This document shows, piece by piece, positions 10,483 through 21,211 of a DNA stretch of 64,000 bases. Both the position numbers and the translations under genes were made by a program. Origin of the DNA: Selaginella moellendorffii (taxonomy: Eukaryota > Plantae > Lycopodiophyta). The stretch spans positions 186,001-250,000 of the forward strand of contig NW_003314407.1 in NCBI RefSeq assembly GCF_000143415.4, written 5' to 3'. Each line of letters starts with the position of its first letter. The stretch's first letter is position 1. The notes beneath the pieces are model-generated. The model made no database searches. It worked only from the letters and a program-made list of their open reading frames with translations, and was not told the DNA's origin.

Positions 10483-12657
10483 ATGCGCAGGAATGACGCC
10501 TCTATCGATCGAATCGCGCTCGTTTTGCGCGGGTGTGGGCAGTCGCGAGATCTCTCCGCGGCCAGGCGAGCGCACTCTCGGATCCGCGAGCTGGATCTCG
10601 GACCGGACAGGTATCTCGCCAATCTGCTGGTGGAGATGTATGGGCGGTGTGGCTCCGTGCACGAGGCGCAGTGGGTCTTCGATGCGATCCCTCGCCCCAA
10701 TCTCTTCTCGTGGACGCTCATCCTCTCGGCGTATGCCCAGAACGGGTATCTCGCCCGGGCAGCGGCGATCTTCCGCGAGATGCCGCACAGGGACGTGGTG
10801 CTATGGAATTCGATGATGAATTTCCACGCGCAGGCCGGGGACGCGGACGAGGCGAGAGCCATCCTCGATCGAATGCCGGCGCTGGAGACGATCTCTTGGA
10901 ATGCGGTGATCCAGGCGTATGCCCAAGAAGGGCGTGTGGAGGAAGCAGCAAAAGTTTTCATAGAGGTCCCGGAGCGCGATGTGGTGTCGTGCACGACGAT
11001 GATCGGGCTCTACTCCCAATCATCGCAGCCCCAAGAGGCGGAGAGGGTCTTCGATCGAATGCCGGAACGAGACATTGTGTCGTGGAACGCAATGATCCAG
11101 GGATACGCCGACAACAATCGCCCAGACCAGTTCCAGGAACTCTTCAAGAATCTCCCTGAAAAGAATGTGGTTTCGTGGACGAGCATGGTGGCTGCGCTCG
11201 CGCAATTTGGCAAGATCTCTGGTGCCAGAAAGATCTTTGACGTGATGCCGCTGGCGAGCGCAGTAACCTGGAACACGATGCTTCAGGCATATGCCCAAGC
11301 TGGGCATTTGGACGATGCGAGAAGCCTTTTTAATTATATGCCTGAGAAAGATCCTATATCGTGGACAGTGCTACTCATATTGAACGCGCAGAATGGCCAT
11401 CTTGACTACGCAAAGATTTTATTTGAAGCAATGCCCAAGCACAGCCTTGTTTGCCACAATGCAATGATCCAAGCAAATGCCCAGTCGGGTCATCTGGTTG
11501 CTGCAGTAACGCTGTTCTTGGGCGTTGTAGAACGAGACGTGGTATCGTTTAACGTGGTGTTGGCAGCTCTCGCACACTCTTCTAAAGCTGGAAAAGCCCG
11601 CTCTGTTTTCGAGAGGATGCCACAGTGGGACTTGGCGTCGTGGAACACCATGGTTTTTGCATATGCCCAAGGAGGGTATGTTGCTGCCGCGAGAAAAGTG
11701 TTTGATGAGATGAGAAGCTTCCGCGACGTCGTGAGCTGGAACACGCTCGTCTCGGCCTACGCGTCTGTCGGGCGGATGGACAAGGTGGAGGAGATGTTTG
11801 AGAAAATCCCGCAGCGCGGCGTCATCACTTGCAACTCGATGATCGCCGCCTACGCGCAGAGGTGCTGGCGATCGGGCAAGGAAGCGAGAGCTCTCTTCCA
11901 CGCAATGCAAGAGAGGAACCTGGTGACTTGGAACGCGTTGGTCCAGGCTTACGGCATCAACAGACAGCCCCGGGAGGCGAAGGCTGTGTTTGACAAGATG
12001 GCGAGGCACAGTCTCGTTTCTTGCAATGCCATGCTCTCGGCCTATGCTTGTGCTGCTCTCATGGTCGACGCAGCCATGGTGTTCGATCTCATGCCTTACA
12101 AAGACACGGTTTCATGGAACACCTTGATCGCTGGTTATGCTCAGAACGGACACATGAGCTCTGCGTGGCACTTCTTTTCGAATCTCGAGTTCGCCGACTC
12201 CATTTCCTGGAATGCAATGATCGCTGGCTATGCCCAAAACGGGTATAACAAAGAAGCAATCGAGCTAGCCAGGTTGATGGACCTCGATGGCCGCGTGGTA
12301 GCCGACGAAGTCACACTGCTCAGCGTGTTGACGGCTTGCTGCCACAGCGGAGTGATAGAACGCGCTTGGGAGTGTTTCCTGTCCATGCAATCCGATCGTG
12401 GACTGCGTCCACTTCTCGAGCACTACTCGTGCATGGTGGGAATCTTGGGAAAGAATGGACAGCTTGGTCTGGCGAGGGAGCTTATAGAGACGATGCCATT
12501 CGTCCCGGATTCCGTGATGTGGACGACACTCCTGGCATCTTGTAAACTTCATGGTGACGAGGAGATTGCGAGCAGGTCCGCCGAGGAGTCATCCGAGCTC
12601 AGCCAGGCCAACTCGGCTCCTTACATGCTTATCTCCAACATGTACTCGATCGCTTGA
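10483..12657 (+). CDS. PLS-class (SS-rich) PPR protein with E region, no DYW; organellar RNA-editing specificity factor
   Basis: ~31-aa repeats (RDVVSWNAMI..YAQ.G), HYSCMV..LG..G.L and terminal APYMLISNMY. Start placed at MRRND; the upstream in-frame ATG 10342 overlaps the SC35 start. Confidence 0.92.
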   Translation: MRRNDASIDRIALVLRGCGQSRDLSAARRAHSRIRELDLGPDRYLANLLVEMYGRCGSVHEAQWVFDAIPRPNLFSWTLILSAYAQNGYLARAAAIFREMPHRDVVLWNSMMNFHAQAGDADEARAILDRMPALETISWNAVIQAYAQEGRVEEAAKVFIEVPERDVVSCTTMIGLYSQSSQPQEAERVFDRMPERDIVSWNAMIQGYADNNRPDQFQELFKNLPEKNVVSWTSMVAALAQFGKISGARKIFDVMPLASAVTWNTMLQAYAQAGHLDDARSLFNYMPEKDPISWTVLLILNAQNGHLDYAKILFEAMPKHSLVCHNAMIQANAQSGHLVAAVTLFLGVVERDVVSFNVVLAALAHSSKAGKARSVFERMPQWDLASWNTMVFAYAQGGYVAAARKVFDEMRSFRDVVSWNTLVSAYASVGRMDKVEEMFEKIPQRGVITCNSMIAAYAQRCWRSGKEARALFHAMQERNLVTWNALVQAYGINRQPREAKAVFDKMARHSLVSCNAMLSAYACAALMVDAAMVFDLMPYKDTVSWNTLIAGYAQNGHMSSAWHFFSNLEFADSISWNAMIAGYAQNGYNKEAIELARLMDLDGRVVADEVTLLSVLTACCHSGVIERAWECFLSMQSDRGLRPLLEHYSCMVGILGKNGQLGLARELIETMPFVPDSVMWTTLLASCKLHGDEEIASRSAEESSELSQANSAPYMLISNMYSIA

Positions 12658-13362
12658 GACGCTGCTGGATTATGGAGACAAGGATGGAAGGAAGCATCGC
12701 GAAAGTGGAGCGAGCAAGGAATTCATGGATGGAGATGGATTGAATGCGCAGCCGCAATGAAAAAAAAGGAATTTTTGCGTGCTCGGGAGTGTTATCATGC
12801 TGTGGCACACACATCGCTAGTGTGCGCTGCGCAGCTGTGATGTTAAAGTAACAAAGTGGGAAGGAAAGAAGCAACGTGGCTGCTTAAGAAATGTATTCTA
12901 ATGCGGAGAAGATCAAGGCGACTACCCCGACTTGACCACGCAAGTCTCTCGGACTCAAGTAAGCTCTGCGCGACTGGCACTTGACCCCGGGTTGAAGCAA
13001 ATCTCCGCACACGCCACGAACAAAGAAGAGTTTCTAGATGCTTGCTGCGAGGCCAAAGTCGTACCTCCACATGCAAGTCCTCCCGTCCGTCACCCAAAGT
13101 TTTTAGTTTCTGTGGCGTGTTTCGAAGCGACCAAACTGGCGCGGCAGCGAAGTTGTCGTCTCAACCGAAAAGGCAGCGCTCGCTCGACGATGATTGCTCA
13201 CCGTCTCTTTCACGCTCCGGAGGGCACAAGCACGGGAAGAATAGTATTTCTTCTCGTCAGTGGACAACCAATTCTAACAAGTGCTCCCACACTGGACTAA
13301 GTGCGACCCCACGGCGAGAATACCGTAGCGTCTTCGCCCTGCTCATTCTACACTGAGGTCAC

Positions 13363-13369
13363 TATAAAA
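13363..13369 (+). promoter_or_regulatory. Probable TATA box of the subtilase gene
   Basis: TATAAAA about 50 bp upstream of ATG 13420. Confidence 0.5.
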
Positions 13370-13419
13370 CCGGGACGGGACCATCCAAAATCCAAACTTG
13401 CAAAGCGAAAGAAGCCGCA

Positions 13420-16175
13420 ATGGCCTTGACAGCCATCACTGCTGTGCCTGGCCTCTTGTTCATAATTCTCAGCATCCTCTCGTCGAACAAGGCTGCAGGC
13501 ATCGATGACGAGCGTCAGGTACTTCCACTGGCATCCTTTTGCATATATTTACGACTTGTTCTTTTTTTGCAGATCTATATCGTCTATCTCGGTGGAAAAG
13601 GCAGTCGCCAGAGTTTGGAGCTGGTCCAAAGACACAGCAAGATTCTCGCATCTGTCACAAGCAGGCAAGAAGTGATCGTGCTCCAAAGTATAGCCCGGAC
13701 TGACTTTAAAAACTTACATGACAGAGAAGTAGAGTCCCCTGAGATCGTGTACAGCTACAAGCATGGATTTGATGGATTTGCTGCCAGGATGACCGCTAAG
13801 CAGGCAAAAGCCATAGCAGGCAAGCCATCGCAAAAAGCTCTTCTCCCGGATGATTCAATTCTCCTGCTTGGCTCTGGTCATAATTACAGGACTGCCGGAC
13901 GTGGTCAGTGTGTTCCCGAGCAAAACTCTGCAGCTGCATACAACACGGTCCTGGAAATTCCTGGAGACTTTTTCGACGGGGCTCTTGTACTCCAGAAGCA
14001 AACTTGGAGAGGGGGCCGATGTCATTGTTGGCGTGCTGGACACAGGTACAGAGTTGAAAGAAGAGCCTGGGAATTGATACCTCTTCCTGCTTCAGGTATA
14101 TGGCCAGAGTCTGCAAGTTTCAGCGACGATGGAATGTCATCTCCTCCCAGCCGATGGAAAGGATTCTGCAATAACACCGGTGTGAATTCCACGCAGGCCG
14201 TGAATTGCAACAAGTAAGTTAAAGTTAAAACTGTACCGTTCTAGATTATATTTTTTTCCTGCAGCAAGATCATCGGAGCTCGCTTCTACAACGCCGAGAG
14301 CGCCAGAGATGACGAAGGCCACGGATCACACACCGCATCCACCGCGGGTGGCAGCGTCGTCTCCAACGCGAGCATGGAGGGTGTTGCCAGTGGAACAGCC
14401 AGGGGTGGACTCCCATCCGCCAGGCTCGCAGTGTATAAAGTGTGTGGGAGCGTCGGCTGCTTCGTGTCAGACATCCTCAAGGCCTTTGATGACGCTATGA
14501 ACGACGGGGTGGATCTCCTATCACTTTCGCTTGGTGGCTCGCCGGATAGCTACGACGAGGATGGCATCGCGATTGGAGCCTTCCATGCCATCCAGCACAA
14601 CATCACTGTCGTTTGCTCTGCTGGGAATTCTGGTCCCGACGAATCGTCCGTCTCCAACGCGGCCCCTTGGATTGTCACGGTCGGAGCAAGCACCATTGAC
14701 AGGTCCATTTCGTCCGACATCTATCTCCGAGATGGAAAAACTCTTCGGGTGAGCAAAAACTTTGTCTTCACCTTTCTCATTTTACTACGCAGGGAACGGC
14801 CTTGAGCTTTCAAGCTCAGAAGAAACCACCTTACAGCCTCGTCCTTGGCTCTTCAATTCCTGCTAACAAATCTATCCGGGCCTCAGCAGCCAGGTGAAAG
14901 TGCTTCAAAATCTCTTTTTCTTTTCTTTCCAATGGTTGCTCACAGCTTACTTTTCAGCTCCTGTGATCCAGACAGTCTAAATGCCAAGCAAGTCAAGAAC
15001 AAGATCGTCGTCTGCCAGTTCGACCCCAACTATGCTTCCAGGAGAACAATTGTGACATGGTTGCAGCAGAACAAGGCCGCTGGCGCCATTCTCATCAACG
15101 ACTTCTACGCAGATCTCGCTAGCTACTTCCCCTTGCCTACGACCATCGTGAAAAAAGCCGTGGGAGACCAGCTGCTATCCTACATGAACAGCACCACCAC
15201 GCCAGTCGCTACACTAACACCGACGGTGGCAGAAACTAACAATCCAGCTCCAGTAGTTGCCGGATTCTCTTCGAGAGGTCCAAACTCCATCGGCCAGGAT
15301 ATAATCAAGGTACAAGCTTGCAATTCCGAGTTTTTGATCAAGATCATGAGCTTTCTTGCAGCCCGATGTTACTGCTCCAGGAGTGAACATCCTTGCGGCC
15401 TGGTCGGAGATCGCTCCAGCATATTATGAGAACTACGACACGGCCAAGCCCGTGTATGTCAAGTATAACATCATCTCTGGAACCTCCATGTCGTGTCCTC
15501 ACGTCACGGGAGCATTGGCCATGCTCAAGTCTGCGTATCCCTCTTGGAGTCCTGCGGCTCTAAGATCGGCGATCATGACCACAGGTAACTTAACTTTCTA
15601 CCACTCCAAAGTTCTCATACAAGTCTTTGAACCCTCCAGCGACAACTCAAGACGACGAGAAAGAAGGCATACTCGACTATGATGGAAGCCTGAGCAATCC
15701 ATTTGGTTATGGCGCCGGCCAGATCGATCCCTCGAGATCTCTAAGTCCAGGACTGGTCTACGACACAACACCCTCCGACTACGTCGCTTACCTCTGTGCC
15801 ACTGGCTACAGTGAGAGCAAAGTCAGGATGATCACAGGAAGCAAGAACACGACTTGCTCCAAGAAGAATTCCAACCTCAACTATCCTTCCATCGCCTTCC
15901 CGAGCTTGAGCGGCACGCAGACCACCACCAGGTACCTGACGAGCGTGGATTCTTCGTCCTCCTCCTCGACTTACAAAGTAACAGTCAAGACACCATCGAC
16001 GCTAAGCGTGAAAGTGGAGCCAACCACGCTCACATTCTCCCCAGGAGCAACGCTCTCCTTCACAGTCACTGTTTCGAGCAGCTCCAACGGTAAAAGCTGG
16101 CAGTTTGGATCCATAGCTTGGACGGATGGGCGGCATACGGTGTCCAGCCCCGTTGCTGTGAAGACCAAGGCTTGA
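13420..16175 (+). CDS. Subtilisin-like serine protease (S8, I9 prodomain, PA, FnIII-like C-terminus), multi-exon
   Basis: Signal peptide, [22 protein letters not shown], catalytic D (GVLDTG), H (GHGSHTAST) and S (SGTSMSCPH), FSSRGP, NLNYPSI. Confidence 0.95.
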
Positions 16176-16358
16176 TCATTCTTATCGAGCTCGAACAAAG
16201 TAGACAAAAGAAGGTAAAGGTGACACAAGAGAAAATGGAACCGTGGTCTCGAGACAAATGTGACAGCCAATGCAAGCTTTGAACAGGGAGCAAGCCGCCA
16301 AATGTTTGCTCGTGATCTTCCTTGCCAGTGTCGTCCAGTTAATTGTCTTCACGTCGAC

Positions 16359-16365
16359 TATAAAA
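16359..16365 (+). promoter_or_regulatory. Probable TATA box of the cysteine-rich peptide gene
   Basis: TATAAAA followed by a pyrimidine-rich leader before ATG 16454. Confidence 0.5.
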
Positions 16366-16453
16366 ACGAAGCTCTCACTCCATACTTTCATCCAAGTTCT
16401 TCTCTCCTTCCTTTCTTCCTTGGTCGATCTTAGATACATAGCTAGATCGATCG

Positions 16454-16870
16454 ATGGAGCGCTCGGTGATGGTTGTCTTGATGGTGTGCGCTATCGCCTT
16501 GGTTTTCTCCTTCTCTTCGGTGGAGGTCACTGCCCATAAGCTGGGACACTGCGGCGATTCGTGCAAGCATCACCAGGATTGCTTCGGTCGTCTGGCTTGC
16601 ATGCACGGTCACAAGTGCGCCGACGATCCAGATCTCAAGACTACCATCTGCAAGAACAGTAAGCTCGGCGTGTGTGGATCTTCCTGCAAGAAACACGACG
16701 ATTGCAAGGGAAAGCTCGCTTGCCTCCACTCCAAGAAGTGTGGCGACGATGTACACATGAAGACCAACATTTGCAAGCACAAGCATCACCACCCGGGATC
16801 GCCACTGCCATCGCCAGGACCTCTCCCAGCTCAAGGCCCACTCTACGGCTTAAAAAACCAGCCACTATAA
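16454..16870 (+). CDS. Secreted cysteine-rich protein with two tandem kissper-like (kiwellin N-terminal) repeats and a His/Pro-rich tail
   Basis: Signal peptide, then two ~41-aa repeats of C-x3-C-x5-C-x-G-x-L-x-C-x5-C-x-DD-x4-T-x-IC, close to kissper SCNGPCRDLNDCDGQLICIKGKCNDDPQVGTHIC. Confidence 0.8.
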   Translation: MERSVMVVLMVCAIALVFSFSSVEVTAHKLGHCGDSCKHHQDCFGRLACMHGHKCADDPDLKTTICKNSKLGVCGSSCKKHDDCKGKLACLHSKKCGDDVHMKTNICKHKHHHPGSPLPSPGPLPAQGPLYGLKNQPL

Positions 16871-16948
16871 GCGATTCGTTTGCTCTCTCTTGACAAAAAC
16901 AAGTGTAATAAACTGTTAGAAAATTTCCAACTTTGGGTATTTCTTTCT

Positions 16949-18907
16949 ATGCGAAGATTTTCGCTGCCTGGATCATCTCCAGCCGCGGCATTGGTCTTGA
17001 CACGATCGCTGTGCTGCTTCTCGGCACACCATGTCCAGGAGCTCGCCCAGATGATCCGCTCCTGCGGTGAAGCCAGGGATTCCGCCGAAGGGAAGCGCAT
17101 CCATTCCGTGATTGCCAGGAGCGAGCAAGCGTCCGGAAATCCTTTCCTCTGGAACTTGCTTGTGGAGATGTATGGGAAAGTTGGCAGTGTCCACGACGCC
17201 CGCGGCATTTTCGATGAGATGCCCGGGATCAACATGTTTACGTGGACAATCATGTTTCATGCATATGCCCGAAACGGGCAACTTGAGAAAGCAGCACAGT
17301 CTTTTGATTTGATGCCTCAGCGCGATGTTGTTGCCTGGAACTCTATGCTGCAGATTTTTGGGGAGCACGAGAAAGTTGACGACGCACGAAAGACATTCAT
17401 GGAGATGCCGGCCAGAACAATCTCGAGCTGGAACGCGCTTCTTACTGCATATGCCCAAAACGGGTATTTGCAAGATGCGATGGCCGTTTTTGATCGGCTG
17501 CCCTTCTCGGACGTCGTGTCGTGGACGAGTCTGTTTGGGTTCCATGCCAAGAACGGGTATATGAACGAGGCCAGGATGATTTTTCTCACAATGCCTGAGA
17601 AGAACTCCACGTCTTGGACCACCATCATCTCGGCTCTCATGCGGTGTGGCGATTTCCAGGCCGCCAAGAACTTCTTTGGCAAGATGCCCCACCATGCTCG
17701 AGTGGTGTGGCTGGTTATGATGCAAGGCTACCTCCAAAACTTTCAGTTCGACGTTGCGGCCAGCATGTTTGATCGAATGGAGGAAAAGGATATTGTTTCG
17801 TGGAACATTTTGATCAATGCCGTGGCGCAGAACGGCCAAGTCGGTCGAGCGAGAAAGATCTTTGACGCGATGCCCAAGCACGACATGGCAACGTGGAACT
17901 CGATGCTGATCGCGTACGCCGAGAAAGGGAGGTTGAGTGAAGCAAGGACCATCTTCGACAGCATGACACACAGGAACATCATCTCGTGGAACTCGATGAC
18001 GCAGTCTTACATTCTAAACGGTCACTTTGAGGAAGGAAAGAAGGTTTTCGATCGAGCGCCTCAGGTGGACGTGATTTCCACCAACATGCTTCTCTCCGCC
18101 AATGCCGAGGGAGGAAATCTCGAAGAGTCGAAATCCATTTTTGACTCCATGGTCATGAGGGACGTTGTGTCGTGGAACGCCATGGTTCACGCTTACGCCA
18201 TTCACAATCTCCTCGAGAGTGCCGAGTCTACGTACCGGAGAATGTCGCAGCACGACTGTGTGTCGAGGAAGACGATGATGGCGGCTTACGCTCGAGAGGG
18301 TGACTTGGAGCGATCGAAGCTCTTTTTCGACGACATGTCGGACAGAGACACGGTCTCCTGGAACACTCTGATCGTTGCATACGCTCAGCGCAACGATGTC
18401 AAGAACGCAAAACTGGTTTTTGACAGCACTCCAGTGAAGAACCCGATATCCTGGAACGCGATCATGACAGTCCTCTCCCAAAACGGCCATTACGCCGAAG
18501 CGCTCGAGTTCTTCCGCGAGATGGAGCTCGATGGTGGAAGCAAACCCACGGACGTGGGCTTCACCAATGCATTGGTGGCGTGCAGCTATGGTGGTCTCGT
18601 CGCCGAGGCCAGAGTTTTTTTCCTCTCCATGGTCGAAGACCACAACTTAACACCGAGGTGGGAGCAGTACTGCTGCATGGTAGACATTCTCAGTCGAGCA
18701 GGACAATTGGAAGACGCCGAAGATCTCGTAGAAAACATGCCATTCTCGAGCGGCATGGCGGATTCCAAAGCTCTTCTCAGTGCTTGCCATGTCCAAGGCG
18801 ATGTCGAGCGTGCCACAAGAACAGCAGGCTCCATGTTTACTCTGGGCTTGAAAGCTTCTGCTCCCTACGTGCTTTTGTCTAACAGCATTGGTCATCTCAA
18901 AGAGTAA
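16949..18907 (+). CDS. PLS-class PPR protein with E region, no DYW
   Basis: Tandem PPR motifs, YCCMVDILSRAGQL, ends APYVLLSN. First ATG at 16949 gives a transit-peptide-like N-terminus. Confidence 0.92.
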   Translation: MRRFSLPGSSPAAALVLTRSLCCFSAHHVQELAQMIRSCGEARDSAEGKRIHSVIARSEQASGNPFLWNLLVEMYGKVGSVHDARGIFDEMPGINMFTWTIMFHAYARNGQLEKAAQSFDLMPQRDVVAWNSMLQIFGEHEKVDDARKTFMEMPARTISSWNALLTAYAQNGYLQDAMAVFDRLPFSDVVSWTSLFGFHAKNGYMNEARMIFLTMPEKNSTSWTTIISALMRCGDFQAAKNFFGKMPHHARVVWLVMMQGYLQNFQFDVAASMFDRMEEKDIVSWNILINAVAQNGQVGRARKIFDAMPKHDMATWNSMLIAYAEKGRLSEARTIFDSMTHRNIISWNSMTQSYILNGHFEEGKKVFDRAPQVDVISTNMLLSANAEGGNLEESKSIFDSMVMRDVVSWNAMVHAYAIHNLLESAESTYRRMSQHDCVSRKTMMAAYAREGDLERSKLFFDDMSDRDTVSWNTLIVAYAQRNDVKNAKLVFDSTPVKNPISWNAIMTVLSQNGHYAEALEFFREMELDGGSKPTDVGFTNALVACSYGGLVAEARVFFLSMVEDHNLTPRWEQYCCMVDILSRAGQLEDAEDLVENMPFSSGMADSKALLSACHVQGDVERATRTAGSMFTLGLKASAPYVLLSNSIGHLKE

Positions 18908-19062
18908 CGCTAAGCTAACTTCGTCTTCCAGATGTTGCTGTCGCTACTTTTACACTTGGCTTCTCATCTGGTAAGTGCGTGGAGCTAAGTTTAATCTGTT
19001 GCTTATCCTAATGGAAGCACTGTAGGGTCTCGGCATGGAGCTCCAACGACAAGTATAGGACC

Positions 19063-21107
19063 ATGGGACTGTGCCATTTGAGCAGCGGCTCCAAAAACAC
19101 TGGCGGCTTCGTCCAGGCAAGCTTTGAGCATACTCTTCTTTAGTATCAAGAGCGCTCTCCAATACATTTTCTTTGATTCAGGTCAGGGAGCTTCTTCTTT
19201 GCGTGGAGCATCGCATTGGAGCTGACAAACCGGGCCCAAGGAGCTTCACGCAGCAGCAGCACAGCCTTTGTCATGTCATCTTCATTTCGAGGCCCGGCCA
19301 TTTACAAAAGCAACGAAGGATTGCAGTCCAAGTACGCTTCTCTGCTGGAAGAGATGGAATTAACGAGCAGGATTTCACGTATGAAGCAGACCGGAGCAGG
19401 CCTTTGAGACTTGTAACTCGGCCTCTTCGCTCGGAAGAATCGTCGCCTGAGTCCTTGCAAGAGATTAGGCAGCTCATCGGTAGCCGAGAAGTTTATGTTC
19501 CGAGTGAGGCTGAGGAGGCCCAAATACTAGAGCAAGTCTCAAGGATAAAACAGCAAGCTTTAAGAGGAAGTCTGGCTGCAGCGCATTCGGCAATTCAGCA
19601 GGTATTGTATTTTTACTTCTTTGTTTTCTTAAATTTTTTTCTTTTTTTTTTCCTGCAGTTGTATGCAAAGTTTCCCAATCACACTAGAGTTCTTGTTGAG
19701 TATGCATACATTGAAGCGAGAAAAGGTTCGTTTTTTTTTTCCGCTTTACATGCTGGTTGTGAGCCTTCGACTTAACCAGGTAACCAAGCAGCTGCGGCAT
19801 CATTGTTCTCCCGTGCCATAACTATCTTCGAAGAAACTGGCAACCTCAACTACGACTACGTGCTTACACTGCAAGGATGGGGCTCCTCCGAAGCCAGAGC
19901 TTCCAATTCGCTGAAAGCTCGAGTTTTGTTCGAGGAATCCATACGCGCAGCTGAAAAGGTAGGCACTCGTCTTCTTCTTTCCCAGTTTTTTCTTTACTGA
20001 GCAAGGTGCATTCGTCAGCTGCAAGACCACTCCGAGCGAGCCATCGTTTACGGCTTGCACGCGTGGGCTCTGGTGGAAGATAAAGTTGGAAACTGGAGCC
20101 AGGCACGAGAGCTCTTGCAAAGAGCGGCAGCGATTCAGCCCGGAAACGCTGTGGTCCATCAGTCGAGAGCTCTCATGGAAGCCCGCGCTCACAACTATTC
20201 CTTGGCGCGCTCCAACTTTCGGCTGGCTGTCAAGGCGGACTCACACGATGCAAAGTGCTGGCAGGCTTGGGCCTTGTTCGAGGCAAGCCAACGCAAGTTT
20301 CGAGAGATGAGGCAGCTCTTCTACCGTGCTTATCTCGTCAACACCAACGATCTATACACTCTCCAGGTAGAACCAAAGTTTTTAGTTCCAAGGTTCCTTC
20401 TTATTTTCTTTCCATACAAAACAGGCATGGGCTCATCAAGAAGCGCTCATTGGCACCACCAAGTCCAAGAACCGAGCTAGAAAATTGTACCAACGATGTG
20501 TGGAGATCTCTCCAGAGAATATTTATTCCTGGCAGGTTTGTCACTAGATTTCTTTTCACTGGCTTCACGAGACTTTTGTTTTGGTCAGTCGTGGGGTCTT
20601 TTGGAGGAGAGATCGGGGAACCATCAAGGTGCTCGAGTGCTTTACGAACAGGGCCTTCGGATTGATCCTTCGAGCGTTCCTTGTCTCCAAGTAAGTTATT
20701 CGTGGCGAATTTTTTTTCATCTTTTGCTAGAAAACAATATTAAAACCATATCACAGGCATACGCTCGCCTGGAGAAAAGCCAGGGAAACATTGAGACATC
20801 CAGGAAACTATTGCAAGCTGCTCGGAAGATTGATCCTCACAATGCTCCATCGCTCATGGTCAGTAAAATCTATAGACTATTCTCCATCTCTCTGTTTTAA
20901 CAAAGAAAACAGGAATCCGGCCTGATCGAGCTTGAGCTCGGGAACAACGACGTCGCTCGCGAATTTTTCAAGCGCGCGCGGAAGATCGACAGGGAAAAGA
21001 GCCGTATCAAGAAGCGGATGTTCATCTCGCGCAAGACATCGAGGTTGCAAAGCCCGGGAAACACCGTCAAATTCGAAAATTTAAATCCGAGGCAAGCAAC
21101 GGTCTAG
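19063..21107 (+). CDS. HAT/TPR-repeat protein, HCF107/Mbb1-like (probable plastid RNA-stability factor), multi-exon; start uncertain
   Basis: Repeats such as HAWALVEDKVGNWSQARELLQRA, WQAWALFEA, QSWGLLEERSGNHQGARVLYEQGLRIDP and QAYARLEKSQGNIETSRKLL, joined by short introns. Confidence 0.75.
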
Positions 21108-21211
21108 ATGGGCTTGCTGAGACGGACGGTTCACAGTAAAGAGCCTAGGATATACCCATAATTTGAATTGCTCTTAAGCCCTAAAGGGCGCGGACAGGAG
21201 AGAGCTCGGCT

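Noticed and set aside
16973-17971. Long antisense ORFs over PPR genes (also 10194-10994, 30316-31563) and over the B3, PsbO and ubiquitin genes
   Set aside because: Shadow frames of GC-rich coding sequence with no recognisable domains.
18904-18931. Possible splice fusing the second PPR gene to the HAT gene
   Set aside because: It would need a 28-nt intron, shorter than any credible intron here.
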